DNA from: Chara braunii
Lineage: Eukaryota; Plantae; Charophyceae
Assembly: GCA_003427395.1 (NCBI GenBank)
Contig: BFEA01000034.1
Coordinates: 3,224,194 to 3,288,193, forward strand
DNA: 64,000 nucleotides
Direction: 5' to 3'
A program made the position numbers and the translations under genes. The notes beneath the pieces were generated by a model, which saw only the letters and a program-made list of their open reading frames with translations, made no database searches and was not told the origin of the DNA. Shown in pieces: positions 38,660-51,367 of this stretch. Numbering within the stretch: position 1 is the stretch's first letter; each line of letters begins with the position of its first letter.

Positions 38660-40210
38660 CTCGGTGTTCCGCTAGCGAAACGCTCTTCAGGATTTTCGAG
38701 ATTCACTTAGTTAAATCCTAATGTTATATCCCTCTGTGATTCGGTGTTTCGTCACCAAAACACACTTCGGGATTTTCGGGGTTTCCTTAGTTGTACCCCA
38801 CTGTTAGACCCCCCACAAATTCGGTGTTTTGTTACCGAAACACACTTCGGGGTTTTCGGGATTTACCTAGTTGTATTCCGTTGTTATATCCCCCTAAGAT
38901 TTTGTGTTTTGTTACCGAAACACACTTCGAGATTTTCGGGATTCACTTTGTTAAATTCCAATGTTGTATCCCGCTCAGATTCGGTGTTTCGCTAGCGAGA
39001 CGCACTTCGGGATTTTTGGGATTCACTTAGTTAAATCCTAATGTTATATCCCCCTGAGATTCGGTGTTTCATCACCGAAACACACTTCGGGATTTTCGGG
39101 GTTTCCTTAGCTGTATCCCACTGTTACACCCCTCACAAATTCATTGTTTCGTTACCGAAACACACTTTGGGGTTTTCGGGATTTACTTAGTTGTATTCCG
39201 ATGTTATATCCCCATAAGATTTGGTGTTTCGTTACCGAAACGCACTTCGGGATTTTCGGGATTCACTTTGTTAAATTCCAATGTTATATCCCTCTTAGAT
39301 TCGGTATTTCGCTAGTGAAATGCACTTTGGGATTTTCGGGATTCACTTAGTTAAATCCTAATGTTATATCCGCATGAGATTCAGTGTCTCGTTACCGAAA
39401 CACACTTCGGGATTTTCGGGGTTTCCTTAGTTCTATCCCACTATTAGACCCCCCACAAATTCGGTGTTTCGTTACCGAAACACACTTCGGGGTTTTCGGG
39501 ATTTACTTAGTTTTATTCCGATATTATATCCCCCTAAGATTCGGTGTTTCGTTATCGAAACACACTTCTGGATTTTCGGGATTCACTTTGTTAAATTCCA
39601 ATGTTATATCCCCCTAAGATTCGGTGTTTCGCTAGCAAAACGCACTTCGGGATTTTCGGGATTCACTTAGTTAAATCCTAATGTTATATCCCCCTGAGAT
39701 TCGGTGTTTCGTCACCGAAACACACTTCGGGATTTTCTGGGTTTCCTTGGCGGTATCCCACTGTTAGACCCCCCACAAATTCAGTGTTTCGTTACCGAAA
39801 CACACTTTGGGGTTTTGGGGATTTACATAGTTGTATTTCGATGTTATATCCCCATAAGATTCGGTGTTTCGTTACCGAAACACCCTTCGGGATTTCCGGG
39901 ATTCACTTTGTTAAATTCCAATGTTATATCCCCCTAAGATTCGGTGTTTCCCTAGCGAAACGCACTTCGGGATTTTCGGGATTCACTTAGTTAAATCCTA
40001 ATGTTATATCCCCCTGAGATTCGGTGTTTCGTTACCGAAACATACTTCGAGATTTTCAGGGTTTCCTTAGTTCTATATCACTATTACACCCCCCACAAAT
40101 TCGGTGTTTCGTTACCGAAACACACTTCGGGGTTTTCGGGATTTACTTAGTTCTATTCCGATGTCATATCCCCCTAAGATTTGGTGTTTCCTTAACGAAA
40201 CACACTTCGG
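38660..40210 (+). repeat. Type B satellite: 320-bp higher-order repeat of four ~80-bp monomers
   Basis: Equivalent positions recur at 38744, 39064, 39384, 39704 and 40024. Confidence 0.93.
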
Positions 40211-40490
40211 NNNNNNNNNNNNNNNNNNNNNNNNNNNNNNNNNNNNNNNNNNNNNNNNNNNNNNNNNNNNNNNNNNNNNNNNNNNNNNNNNNNNNNNNNN
40301 NNNNNNNNNNNNNNNNNNNNNNNNNNNNNNNNNNNNNNNNNNNNNNNNNNNNNNNNNNNNNNNNNNNNNNNNNNNNNNNNNNNNNNNNNNNNNNNNNNNN
40401 NNNNNNNNNNNNNNNNNNNNNNNNNNNNNNNNNNNNNNNNNNNNNNNNNNNNNNNNNNNNNNNNNNNNNNNNNNNNNNNNNNNNNNNNNN

Positions 40491-40536
<46 letters not shown>

Positions 40537-40548
40537 CATCTATCTATC

Positions 40549-40597
<49 letters not shown>

Positions 40598-40643
40598 TTA
40601 TCTGTGTGTGTGTGTGTATGTGTGTGTGTATGTATGTGTATGT
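40491..40643. repeat. (CTAT)n/(GT)n microsatellite
   Basis: Directly visible. Confidence 0.95.
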
Positions 40644-42634
40644 GGCAAATCTAAAGCACTGGAATCAAAGATGTGTCTTTGTTGCTAATTTGTTTTTTCC
40701 ATATTTTGTCTCTGTATGCGCGTGTATGTGAATGTCGTTTGCGACAGTGATGTACGTTGTCACACAAAATGTCATGACTTCTCGTGTCAATGTAAGTTGT
40801 ATTATGCCTTGGAGGCATCTATGATGTTAGCACGCTATCATCTTGTTACGCTTAATCATTGTGCTTAAAGAATTATCCATTTAAGGGTGTTCAGATCCTT
40901 ACCATGTAATGTGTTCAGTCCTTACTTTTCATTTTCGGTGTTTTTTTTTGTATTTCTCTTTTGCATGTTTTGTTTCAGATAAAATCAATGTTCCTCATCA
41001 ATGTTTCGAGATATTTCCGGATGGTAAGATCCGTACTACTGTACGACCTTCCACTTTTTCATGATTCTCTTAAAAAAAAGAAAAACAACGTATATTACTA
41101 AGTTATTGGCGGGGTCGGTCGGGACACCTTATTTTCCAGGGCGGCCCGGCCGTGCAAGGGCCCGGAGAAAAAAAAAAACCAAAAAAAACTAGTTATGCGA
41201 AAATCTATGTAGCACCGTGTTCGCGTTCGGAGGCGAACGCGAACAAGAGTTCAAAACTCTCCGAACACGAACATAAAGAATATTAAAAAACAAAAAAAAA
41301 AAAGCTCTCACAAAAATCTAAAACAAAAAATTATGTTATGTAAAAAAACAATACAAGCAACTTTTTCCCTTGAGTCATATTCAAATCCGTAGCCAATCAT
41401 GAGTTAAAAACCAAAAACCGAATTTTTTTTATTTTTTTTTTTTACGAAAAAAAATATGTTCGCGAGGTGTTCGCAAGAACGCGCGAACACGTTCGCACGA
41501 ATATGAAGGGGCGCGAACACGTTCGTCGTGCTATGCAGGCGGAAATATAAACTGAACAACTTTTGCCTCAGGGTCATATCCAAATTCTTTACCAAATTTA
41601 AAATGAAAAATATTTTTTTTTTGTATTTTTATCACGGTTACGCTAGACCTGCATACCGGACCAGCCCAAACGTCTGGATTGTTACCATGATTTTTATTAT
41701 ATATATACATATATATTTTTTGGCCCGGCTGGGCAAGTGGTCCTGGGCCACTCTAGTAGCCTATGTATATTATCATTTTGGTGTCATTTGTCTAACTTCA
41801 ATATGGTTGTGAAACACTAGAGCGTAGCAGTCAGATTTTTTTGCACCTCATAAGTTGAGCACTATGAAACAAGTCTATCATGTGCTCTTTGAGAAACTGA
41901 TTTGTTCATGTTCTTTTTTTTTCTCCGTACTTTGTCCTGATGTATGTGGCAGGCGTTCCGACTTCAGCATCAATAGAAACTTCGTGATGTCGTGCTTCAT
42001 AGATGAAGATAAACATCTCCATTGCAATTCACAGTCATGAGGGGGGTTGCAAGAGGAGCTCGAGGTAACCCTTGAGGAAAAGAAGAAGATGGTCAAATAC
42101 CCTAGCTTATAGGAAGACTGTGGCAGTTGATTGTAGGGGGCCTGCTGTTTTCCGGGGTTCTACATTCGGTCCAACTGCCTTCACTTATTTCTTTCTTTTT
42201 TTTATCCCTTTTTCAAACCAATATGGAAGGTGGTTGTTGAAAAACACATTGATCGTGCATATAGCGATAATACTCGTTGCTAGGGCTAGCTTTGTAGGAG
42301 GTTTTTGCCTTTTGTTTTTCTTTTCACCTTTCTTTTTGTTTCACTGTGGATTTTTTTTATTTTATTTTTTTTATACCTAGTTCAAACCCAATCATTGCAG
42401 TCAGGGTCCAACTTTGTCGGTTTGCCTTGATCAACCCATATCTACAGATAATGATGTAAGGGATGTTGGTCCCGGTTCCAAGCATATCATAATTTGGTTT
42501 TCTTAGGGTAATCACCGCAGCAAAGACTTGTTCACATTTGTTGACTCTCTCCTTCTCTCTCTCTCTCTCTTTCTTTCTCTCTCTGTCTTTTTTTTTTTTN
42601 NNNNNNNNNNNNNNNNNNNNNNNNNNNNNNNNNN

Positions 42635-42666
<32 letters not shown>

Positions 42667-43075
42667 TATTGAGAGTAGTTTCTTATTTGCTACAGACACT
42701 GATTGAGACGTGGTTGTTGAAGACATCGCTACAACAATCATTCATGTTGCTGCAAGTAATCTTGCGATAAGAGATGTTGCAGACACTTCTTACCAACCTC
42801 ATCTGATTGACACTAACCGAATTTTGTGTTTTCAAAATTGTTCAAGTTTTTTATTTTGAGTTGTTTGTGTGTTTTTCCTCCCCCCTCCCACCAAATCTTC
42901 GAGTTTTTTTATTCATTTTTCGTTTAATCTTTTCGAATAAATTAATTGGTTTTTTTTATTGAGCTGTTTGATCAAGTTTTTCATCTTGAGTTGTTTGTGT
43001 GTTTTTCCTCCAACCCTCACCAAATCTTCGAGTTTTTTTTTTTTTTTCATTTAATATTTTCTAATAAATTAATTT

Positions 43076-45350
43076 GGATATAAGATCGGAATACAACTTA
43101 GTAAATCCTGAAAACCCCAAAGTGTGTTTTGGTAGCAAAACACCGAATTTGTGGGGGGTCTAACAGTGGGATACAACCTGTGTATTCGGGTTCAGTGACC
43201 GAACCCGAACGTTCAGGACCGAACGAGAACAAGCGCCAAAACTTTCCGAACGAGAACGTAAAAATAATATAAAAAACAAATTCTCAAAAAAATATGAAAA
43301 ACTATATGTGATGTAAAATAATAATACAAACAACTTTGCGTAACCAAACACGAGTTAAAAATAAAAAAACCCCAAAAAAATTATTATTATTATTTTTTTT
43401 GAATATGTTCGGTCGAACACGTTCGGGCGGCGTTTGGTCGAAAACCCGAACATATTCGGACGTTCGAAAAAGCTCCGAACATGTTCGTTGTGCTACACAG
43501 GATACAACTAAGGAAATCCCGAAAATCCCGAAGTGTGTTTCAGTAACGAAACACTGAATCTCAGGGGGATATGACATTAGGATTTAACTGAGTATATCAC
43601 GAAAATCCCGAAGTGCGTTTCCATAAGGAAACACCGAATTTTAGGGGGATATGACATTGGAATTTAACAAAGTAAATCTCGAAAACCCCGAAGTATGTTT
43701 CGGTAACGAAACACCGAATTTATGAGGGGTCTAAGAGTGGGATACATCTAAAGAAACCCCGAATATCCCGAAGTATATTTCGGTAACAAAACACTGAATC
43801 TCAAGGGGATATGACATTAGGATTTAACTAAGTATATCACGAAAATCCTGAAGGGCGTTTCCGTAAGGAAACACTGAATTTTAAGGTGATATGACATTGG
43901 AATTTAACAAAGTAAACTTCGAAAATCCCGAAGTGTGTTTCGGTAACGAAACACAAATCTTAGGGGGATATAACACCGGAATACAACTAAGTAAATCCCG
44001 AAAACCGCGAAGTGTGTTTCAGTAACGAAACACCGAATTTGTGGGGGGTCTAACAGTGGGATAGAACTAAGGAAACCCAGAAAATCCCGAAGTGTGTTTC
44101 GGTAACGAAACACCGAATCTTAGGGGGATATAACATTAGGATTTAACTAAGTATATCACGAAAATCCCGAAGTGCGTTTCACTAGCGAAACCCCGAAACT
44201 TGGAATTTAACAAAGTGAATTCCCCAAATTCCGAAGTGTGATTCGTTAACGAAACTCCGAATCTTAGGGGGATATGACATCAGAATACAACTAAGTAAAT
44301 TCTGAACCCCCCGAAGTGTGTTTCGGTACCGAAATACCGAATTTGTGGGGGGTTTAACAGTGAGATACATCTAAGGAAACCCCGAAAATCCTTAAGTGTG
44401 TTTCGGTAATGAAACACCGAATCTCACGGGATATAACATAAGGATTTACCTAAGTGAATTTCGAAAATCCCGAAGTGCGTTTCGCTTGCGAAACACTGAA
44501 TCTTAGGGGGATATAACATTGGAATTAAAAAAATTGAATCCCGAAAATCCCAAAATGTGTTTCAGTGACGAAACACTGAATCTTAGGGGGATATAACATC
44601 GAAAAACAACTAAGTAAATCCCGGAAACCCCGAAGTGTGTTTCGGTAACGAAACACCGAATTTATGGGGGGTCTAACAGTGGGATACAGCTAAGGAAACC
44701 CCAAAAATCCCAAAGTGTGTTTCGGTAACGAAAAACTGAATCTCAGGGGGATATAACATTAGGATTTAACTAAGTGAATCCCCAAAATTTCGAAGTGTGT
44801 TTCGCTAGCGAAACACCGGATCTTAGGGGGATATAACATTGGAATTTAACAAAGTGAATCCCAAAAATCCAGAAGTGTGTTTCGGTAATGAAACACCGAA
44901 TCTTAGGGGGATATAACATCGGAATAAAACTAAGTAAATCCCGAAAACCCCGAAGTGTGTTTCGGTAACGAAACACCGAATTTGTGGGGGGTCTAATAGT
45001 GGGATAAAACTAAGGAAACCCCGAAAATCCCGAAGTGTGTTTCGGTAACGAAACACCGAATCTCAGGCGGATATAACATTAGGATTTAACTAAGTGAATC
45101 CCGAAAATCCCAAAGTGCATTTCACTAAGAACGAAACACTGAATTTGTGGGGGCCCTAACAGTGAGATACAGTTAAGGAAACCCCGAAAATCCCGAAGTG
45201 TGTTTCGGTAATGAAACACCGAATCTCAGGGGGATATAACATTAGGATTTAACTAAGTGAATCACGAAAATCCCGAAGTGCGTTTCGTTAGTGAAACACC
45301 GAATCCACCTAGATATAAAAACTCAAAAACGACTAAGTAAAACCTGAAGT
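43076..45350 (-). repeat. Type B satellite in inverted orientation, ending in a type A remnant
   Basis: Reverse complement of the 38.7-40.2 kb array (ccgaaaatcccgaagtgtgtttcggtaacgaaacaccgaatct). Confidence 0.93.
43178..43500. mobile_element. hAT-like MITE inserted in the satellite
   Basis: ctgtgta...tacacag termini; perfect 8-bp TSD gatacaac. Confidence 0.8.
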
Positions 45351-45611
45351 GTATGATCACTCAATGGATATGTTTACCTTTGGTCTACCAGACTCTATTC
45401 GTTAGATATTGGGTGAAAAATATAAGATCCATTTACCTTTTGTCCAAATCACGTCTACCTCCCTGCTCAGTTTTGTATCATTAAAAATTTTCGTGACGTC
45501 ACGCGCGCTCGCAAGGTAATCTTTTTCTCAAGCATTGGTTCGGAAGGACGAGTAAATGAGGATACTAATAGTATTTATATCTGTAGCTGGAACCACTTCT
45601 CAAGCGCAGTT

Positions 45612-45658
45612 TCCCCTGATGATGGTCATTCCGGCGAGGTGGCCGAAACTAGTTGGGT
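45612..45658 (+). ncRNA. Hammerhead ribozyme copy (PLE4 3' pLTR), cleavage triplet GTC changed to GTT
   Basis: ccc CTGATGA t ggtca-ttccggcgagg-tggcc GAAA ctag TT ggg. Confidence 0.82.
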
Positions 45659-46956
45659 TTTTCGCCGACTGTGCTCCTGGATTGTATTTCCACATTTTTC
45701 GGTAGTACGGTTTTCATTGCGCTTTTTGCAAGGGTTCTTCCTGCTTTTTCCATATCCTCTTCCTATCCTTTATTGTTGCCCCTCCATCTTTCATCTTCTT
45801 TCATCTTCTTCCATCTTCTTACTACCTCTACCTCTCCCCCCTTTTCTCTCTCTCTTCTCTCTCTCTTTCTCCTTTCGTTCGCTCTCTTCCTTCGAAAACG
45901 GGTTGTTGTTCTGTGGATCCTCACATCACGTGTTTGAGCTATGCTCGAATATGCGTACAAGAATTGTCTTCGTTATCTTGTTTGTCTCTGTTATAGTAAT
46001 ATAAATTAATATTTTTTTTAATTAATAATATAATTCAATAGTATATATGTATTATATTGTATATGTATTTTATATTACGTATGTATTTTTTTTATTAACA
46101 TAGACCGTCTTATGATATTACAACATATAAATCAACTTAAAAAAAACCTGTTATTTATTTGTTATTTTATAATTTGATATTTATTTTTATTCATTAAATG
46201 ATTGATTATATATATTTTTTTAATAAAATATTGAATTTTATTAATAAAATCTATAGATAGAGGTAGGGTGTGGGAAAGTGTACTCACGCTGAATCACGGT
46301 TTAAGGAGGCAATCGTACCCATATGAAATGTTTCGTAAAGTTCTTAGCCGATTCGTAAGGACATGCGCCCCTTAATGAGGAGAAGTGGTCAGTAAACTTT
46401 GAGGACACTGAAGTAGGTCGGTAGGAAGTAGACCAAGTTTTTTCTCGGGTCTTCTGGACCCTTTTAGATAGTAAGTCTTCTGTAGTTCGCATAGTTGTTT
46501 CCGGTTTCTACAGGAAAGATGATACAGGTTACTATTAATAGGAATAAGACAATGGGTTAGTTCCCTTTTCAGCGAGCTTAACTTTTGTTGTCAACTGACG
46601 CCTCGGCGTCGTCGACGGCAGCCTAGGTATTGTCAGAAGAGAAAGGCGGTTCCTGGGTGTGCGGTCGGATGAGGGTGAAGCGTGGGTGACTTATGATATT
46701 AATTTTTCCTATCTTTCCACGAATTGAGTTTGTTGTGAACAAATTTATTGTCGTTCTCTGTTTACTTCTAAGTGGACAACCTCGCGACGCTTGTCACTGT
46801 GGTACATCTGTGTTTCACCGTGCTTTACCACTATGTTACATTTCTATTTTATCATGTGTTATTTGCATTGCTTAAACTTTCTCACCATAGATATATATAG
46901 AATAGTCATTAAAAAATACAAATATATATATTTAGGAATAAATATTAAATATGTAT

Positions 46957-47229
46957 CTAGGTTACCAGCCGGGTCGCCCGGGTCCCGGATAGCTAGCCCA
47001 TGCAATGACCAGGGAAGGTCCCAGCAAAAAAAAAAAAAAAAAATCCAAAAAGTCTGAAAATAAACTATGTTATGCAAAAAAATAAATTGAAGAACGTTTA
47101 GCTCAAGGTCACATCAAAATTATCACCATATTTAGAATAAAAAATAAATTTGAATTTTTATTATTATTATTATTTATTTAATTTTTTCCCCAACCGGGCA
47201 AGTGACCCCGGACCACTCTGGTAGCCTAG
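46957..47229. mobile_element. hAT-like MITE, CTAGG family
   Basis: ctaggttaccag/ctggtagcctag; TSD atatgtat/atatttat (7/8). Confidence 0.75.
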
Positions 47230-47849
47230 ATATTTATAGATTATATTATTGATAGATAATAGAAAAATATACGATTAAAATATAATATATTAGTATATTA
47301 TTTATTTATCATATTATCTAAATTATAATTCTATATTGTAATGATATTAATGATAATCTATCTACCTAGCATGAAATAAATAAAATTTAGCAATATTCAT
47401 AATATTCATGTTAATATACCTATCTTATTGATTTTTTATTTTATATTGATAGATACCAAAATAAAATAACAAATTTTCTCTATTATCACTATATATGTAT
47501 GGATAAAATATATATCTAGATAATTATTTTTTTATATATTAATATTTATATATTACCTAGGCTACCAGAGTGGCCTGGGCTTACTTATCGGGCCAGGACA
47601 AAAAAAAAAAAAAAAGTAAACATAAAAGAATTATTTTTGAATTTTATTTTCTATTTTAAAATTTGTGAAGAATTTCGATGTGACCTTGAGGCAAAAGTTG
47701 TTCAGTTTTTCTTTTTTCTGTATAACATAGGTTTTTTCGAATGTTTTGGATTTTTTTTTTTTTTTTATGGGACCTTCCTTGGTCCTTGAGACGGGCTGGT
47801 CACCTGGGACCTGGGCTGCCCGACTGGTAGCTTAGTATATTATTATATT

Positions 47850-48714
47850 CAGGGTCACCAGCCCGTACGTACGCAGGTCCTCGGGCAGACCTCCGTACGT
47901 ACGGGCGTTCGGGGTCTCGTACGGGGTCCGAACCCGATGGCATTCGGCCCCCGCCAAAAACTATTTCGAGGCCTAAACATAATTATTTTTTTCTGAATTT
48001 GTTCTTGTGAGTTCTCTGTGACGTGAGGTACATGCCTGTGAATTTTCAAGTCATTTGGCTAAGCCAGATAAGAATTAAAAATCGCCAAAGATGGCGGTGT
48101 CAAAACGTTCTCGCCCACGTATTTTTTCACTTTTTACTTTTTGTTTTCACTTTAGTTCGGGGTCTAAACAATTTTATTATTTTTTGAAACTTTTTTAGTA
48201 GTTTTTTTATTATGTGAAGTACACATCTATAAATTTTCAGGGCAATTAGCTACGCCAAACAAAAATGAAAAAACGCCAAAGATGGCGGTGTCAAAAATAT
48301 GCTCGCGCACTCACTAAATTTAATTCTTTTTTTATTTTTATTTATTTTTATTATTAGTATGTTTTTTCGTATTTTATTGCTATTTCAAAATTGGTAAGGA
48401 ATTCGGATATAATGCTCAGACAAATCTTGTTCATTTTATTTTTCTTCATAACATATNNNNNNNNNNNNNNNNNNNNNNNNNNNNNNNNNNNNNNNNNNNN
48501 NNNNNNNNNNNNNNNNNNNNNNNNNNNNNNNNNNNNNNTTTAATTTATTTTTCTCCATAACATATTTGTTTTTCAGATTTTTTTGATGACATTTTTTTTT
48601 TTTTTTTTTTGGGTCCGCGTTCGGCCCGAACGGCCGAACGCATCCCCAAGGGGTCCCATACGTTCGGGCATTCGGGTTCGGGCGTTCGGCCCGTCCCGAA
48701 TGCCGGTTACCCTG
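47850..48714. mobile_element. hAT-like MITE, CAGGGT family
   Basis: cagggtcacc/ggttaccctg; perfect 8-bp TSD attatatt. Confidence 0.8.
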
Positions 48715-50662
48715 ATTATATTGATATTAATATATATTGTATATTTTATTTTACATTATGTATCTTATCTTATATATTATGAATAAATTATATTATATTA
48801 ATAAAAATTATAATCAAATTATTATAATATAATATTCTATTTAGAAATACAATCATAATACGGATTTTTTTAGCAATCACTGAGTATCAATTCATAGTAT
48901 TTCATACTATATTTTTTACCATAATGTTTTAAACGTAATTTCACCATGTATTGTTTTAGATTCATTTTTTTATTATTATTATTTTTATTTTTATTTTTTG
49001 AAACAGTAGTTTTACGAGGGTCAAGTGCCCAAGGCAGAAATACAGTGTCAAAGAGTTGCAGATTCAGGGGTCACAAGGTTTCCAAACCCGCTGCATCGGG
49101 TGCAATCCCTCCCTGTAGAAAACCTTTTGTCTTCAAAAAGAAAAACTATCAAATGTCCGATACTCATTTTCCAAGAACACAAAAAAATACCACAACGAAA
49201 ATTCTAATTAAGGTTTCAATTAATTTCTAAAGCCAAAGCACTACAAATTTCATAAAAGTCACCATAACAAAATTCATAATTAAGGTTTATACTAATTCGT
49301 AGGTCCAACGTCAGAAAATTGCAAATTCAGGGATCACAAACCCTCCCACATAAAATTAAAAAAATTATAAAGGCGTCAACAAATTTCATAGGAAAGAAGT
49401 CTGAAAAATCTCAATACCGGATCTAAAAACGTCAAAAATACCCACACCGAACCAATCCAAATTAAGGTTTCAAATTCCCACAAAATTCTTAATTAGGGTT
49501 ACCATGGTTACTTCTAAGAACTTTCACAATCCACTACAATGATATCAATCAAGTATTCGCCTAAAGCGGCGATAAAGAATGCGCTCACGATAAAAGTCAT
49601 GACAATCAAGCAAGCGATGTAGTAGATAAAAAAGGGAAAAACAACATTCCAGACGTCTTAACCAACGACGTCACATTCAACAAAGAGAAGCAGTGGTAGG
49701 CGTAACACGACACACTCCATGTTAGAGTAAAAATCAGATTCGCCTGCCTGTTAGCAACCAAATGCCTAGTACGAATGCCCATCACAATCTAACGTACGAG
49801 AAACCAACTGTGGGCAGAGCCTTCATTGTACTCTGACAAACTCTCTCCTCTAGCCAATCGATGAAACAATCTCGCACAGCGAGGCGACAAACATAGCAGA
49901 TATAGGTACCGATCATAATGCTCCAAATCTAGCAAAAAACGTCTAACGTCGGCGTCATCCATGGTAAGAATCGGTATTTGGATAAGGATAACATCTGATT
50001 CATATTTTTGTTAGCAGCCAAATGCCGACAACAATCACCCGTCACAATCTGACTTACGGGAAACCAATTCACAAGCAGAGCATTCGTCATACTCTAACAA
50101 GTCTTCTTCCCTGGCAAATCGATGACAAGCCACGTGCAGCAAAGCAGCAACCGCAACAGATACAAATGCCAATCATTGAACTCCAAGTGTTCCAATTCTG
50201 TCGATGTAAGCAACAACGCAGTCCATATCTAAAGACCAAACGCGCGAGCTCGCGTCGATCTTGATTACAATCATCGTGTATAAACGGTCGTGACGCTCCA
50301 AGTAGTAACCAGTGATATTCGCAACGCAGCACACTTTCACTGGTGTAAAGCATAACCCTTGTGGTCAAGCCGTGTCATTCGTGTCTATGTTCTCAACGCA
50401 AGAACGCAGCTCACATGAGCCGCTGGAAGCACCGGGCATAGCGACCTCGACTATGGCTTCCATCACTAGCAACTTCGGTTCGCAGCATTCCATCACATAT
50501 CACAAATTAGTTTTAACAATATCATTTTTATTATGAATTGAATTATATTTTATATTTAATTTATTATTATAGACAGGGTGACTGATGTTTGGGACGGGCT
50601 GAATGCTCGAACAGACGAGACCCCTTCGAGATACGTCCGGCCGTTGGTGCCGAATGTGGACC

Positions 50663-50697
<35 letters not shown>

Positions 50698-51367
50698 AAA
50701 AAAAACTATGTTATGTAAAAACATAATATAAACAACATTTGTCTGAGTGTGATATCCAAATTTGAAATAAAATTAAAATTAAAAAAATAAATCCTAATTT
50801 AAAAAATAAAAATAAATAAAAAAAGAAATTATCTAGGAAGTTTTTTTCTTTTTGCACTTTCCCAGAGGACTCCAAGTCTGGGTTCGTTTCATTTTTTTTT
50901 AGTTTGATGTCAAGGGGGGGAAAGGTTGGTATAAATTGTTTTTAAAGGCGTTAAGAGGGGTTAAAGGGGGGTCCTTTAGTATAATTTTTTTATTTTATTT
51001 TTTTATCTACGATTCTGTGAGGAATTCTGATGTGAGCCTCGGCCAAAAGTTGTTTGTATTGCAATTCTATACAACATATTGTTTTTCTAGAATTTTTTAA
51101 CTTTCGTTTTTTTTTTTGTTTTTTTTTTTTTTTTGCGTTGCGGCTGTCTGGAACCTTGTCCGGGGGTCATGCCCGGACAGGCACCTGAGCGTGTATCCGG
51201 GCACAAAATGGGTGCTTGGGCACCCGAAAAAACAACACAGAAAATTAGATAATTCAAATTATTGAGTGCGCGAGCCCAATTTTGACACTGCCATCTTTGA
51301 CGATTTTTCCTTTTTTTTTTGGCAAATCCAAATGCCCTGAAAAGTAATAGATGTGTACTTTACTTAA

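Larger units (their letters stand above)
37170..45443. mobile_element. 8.3-kb foldback/Mutator-like insertion with inverted satellite arms
   Basis: 9-bp TSD ccaaatcac (37161-37169, 45444-45452), present once in the intact 5' pLTR; arms in opposite orientation. Confidence 0.75.
30637..45979 (+). mobile_element. Penelope-like element 4 (two ORFs); 3' pseudo-LTR split by an 8.3-kb insertion
   Basis: 5' repeat 30637-31781 (begins with the RT C-terminus, a partial-tandem structure typical of PLEs) equals 36563-37169 plus 45453-45979. Confidence 0.9.

Noticed and set aside
37381-45056. Many short ORFs (MFRYRNTLRDF... etc.)
   Set aside because: Translations of satellite DNA
5253-45979. LTR retrotransposon or group II intron identity for the RT elements
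   Set aside because: No TG..CA ends, protease, RNase H or integrase, and no YADD or intron domain V; GIY-YIG/CxC/PMG motifs and partial-tandem repeats fit PLEs
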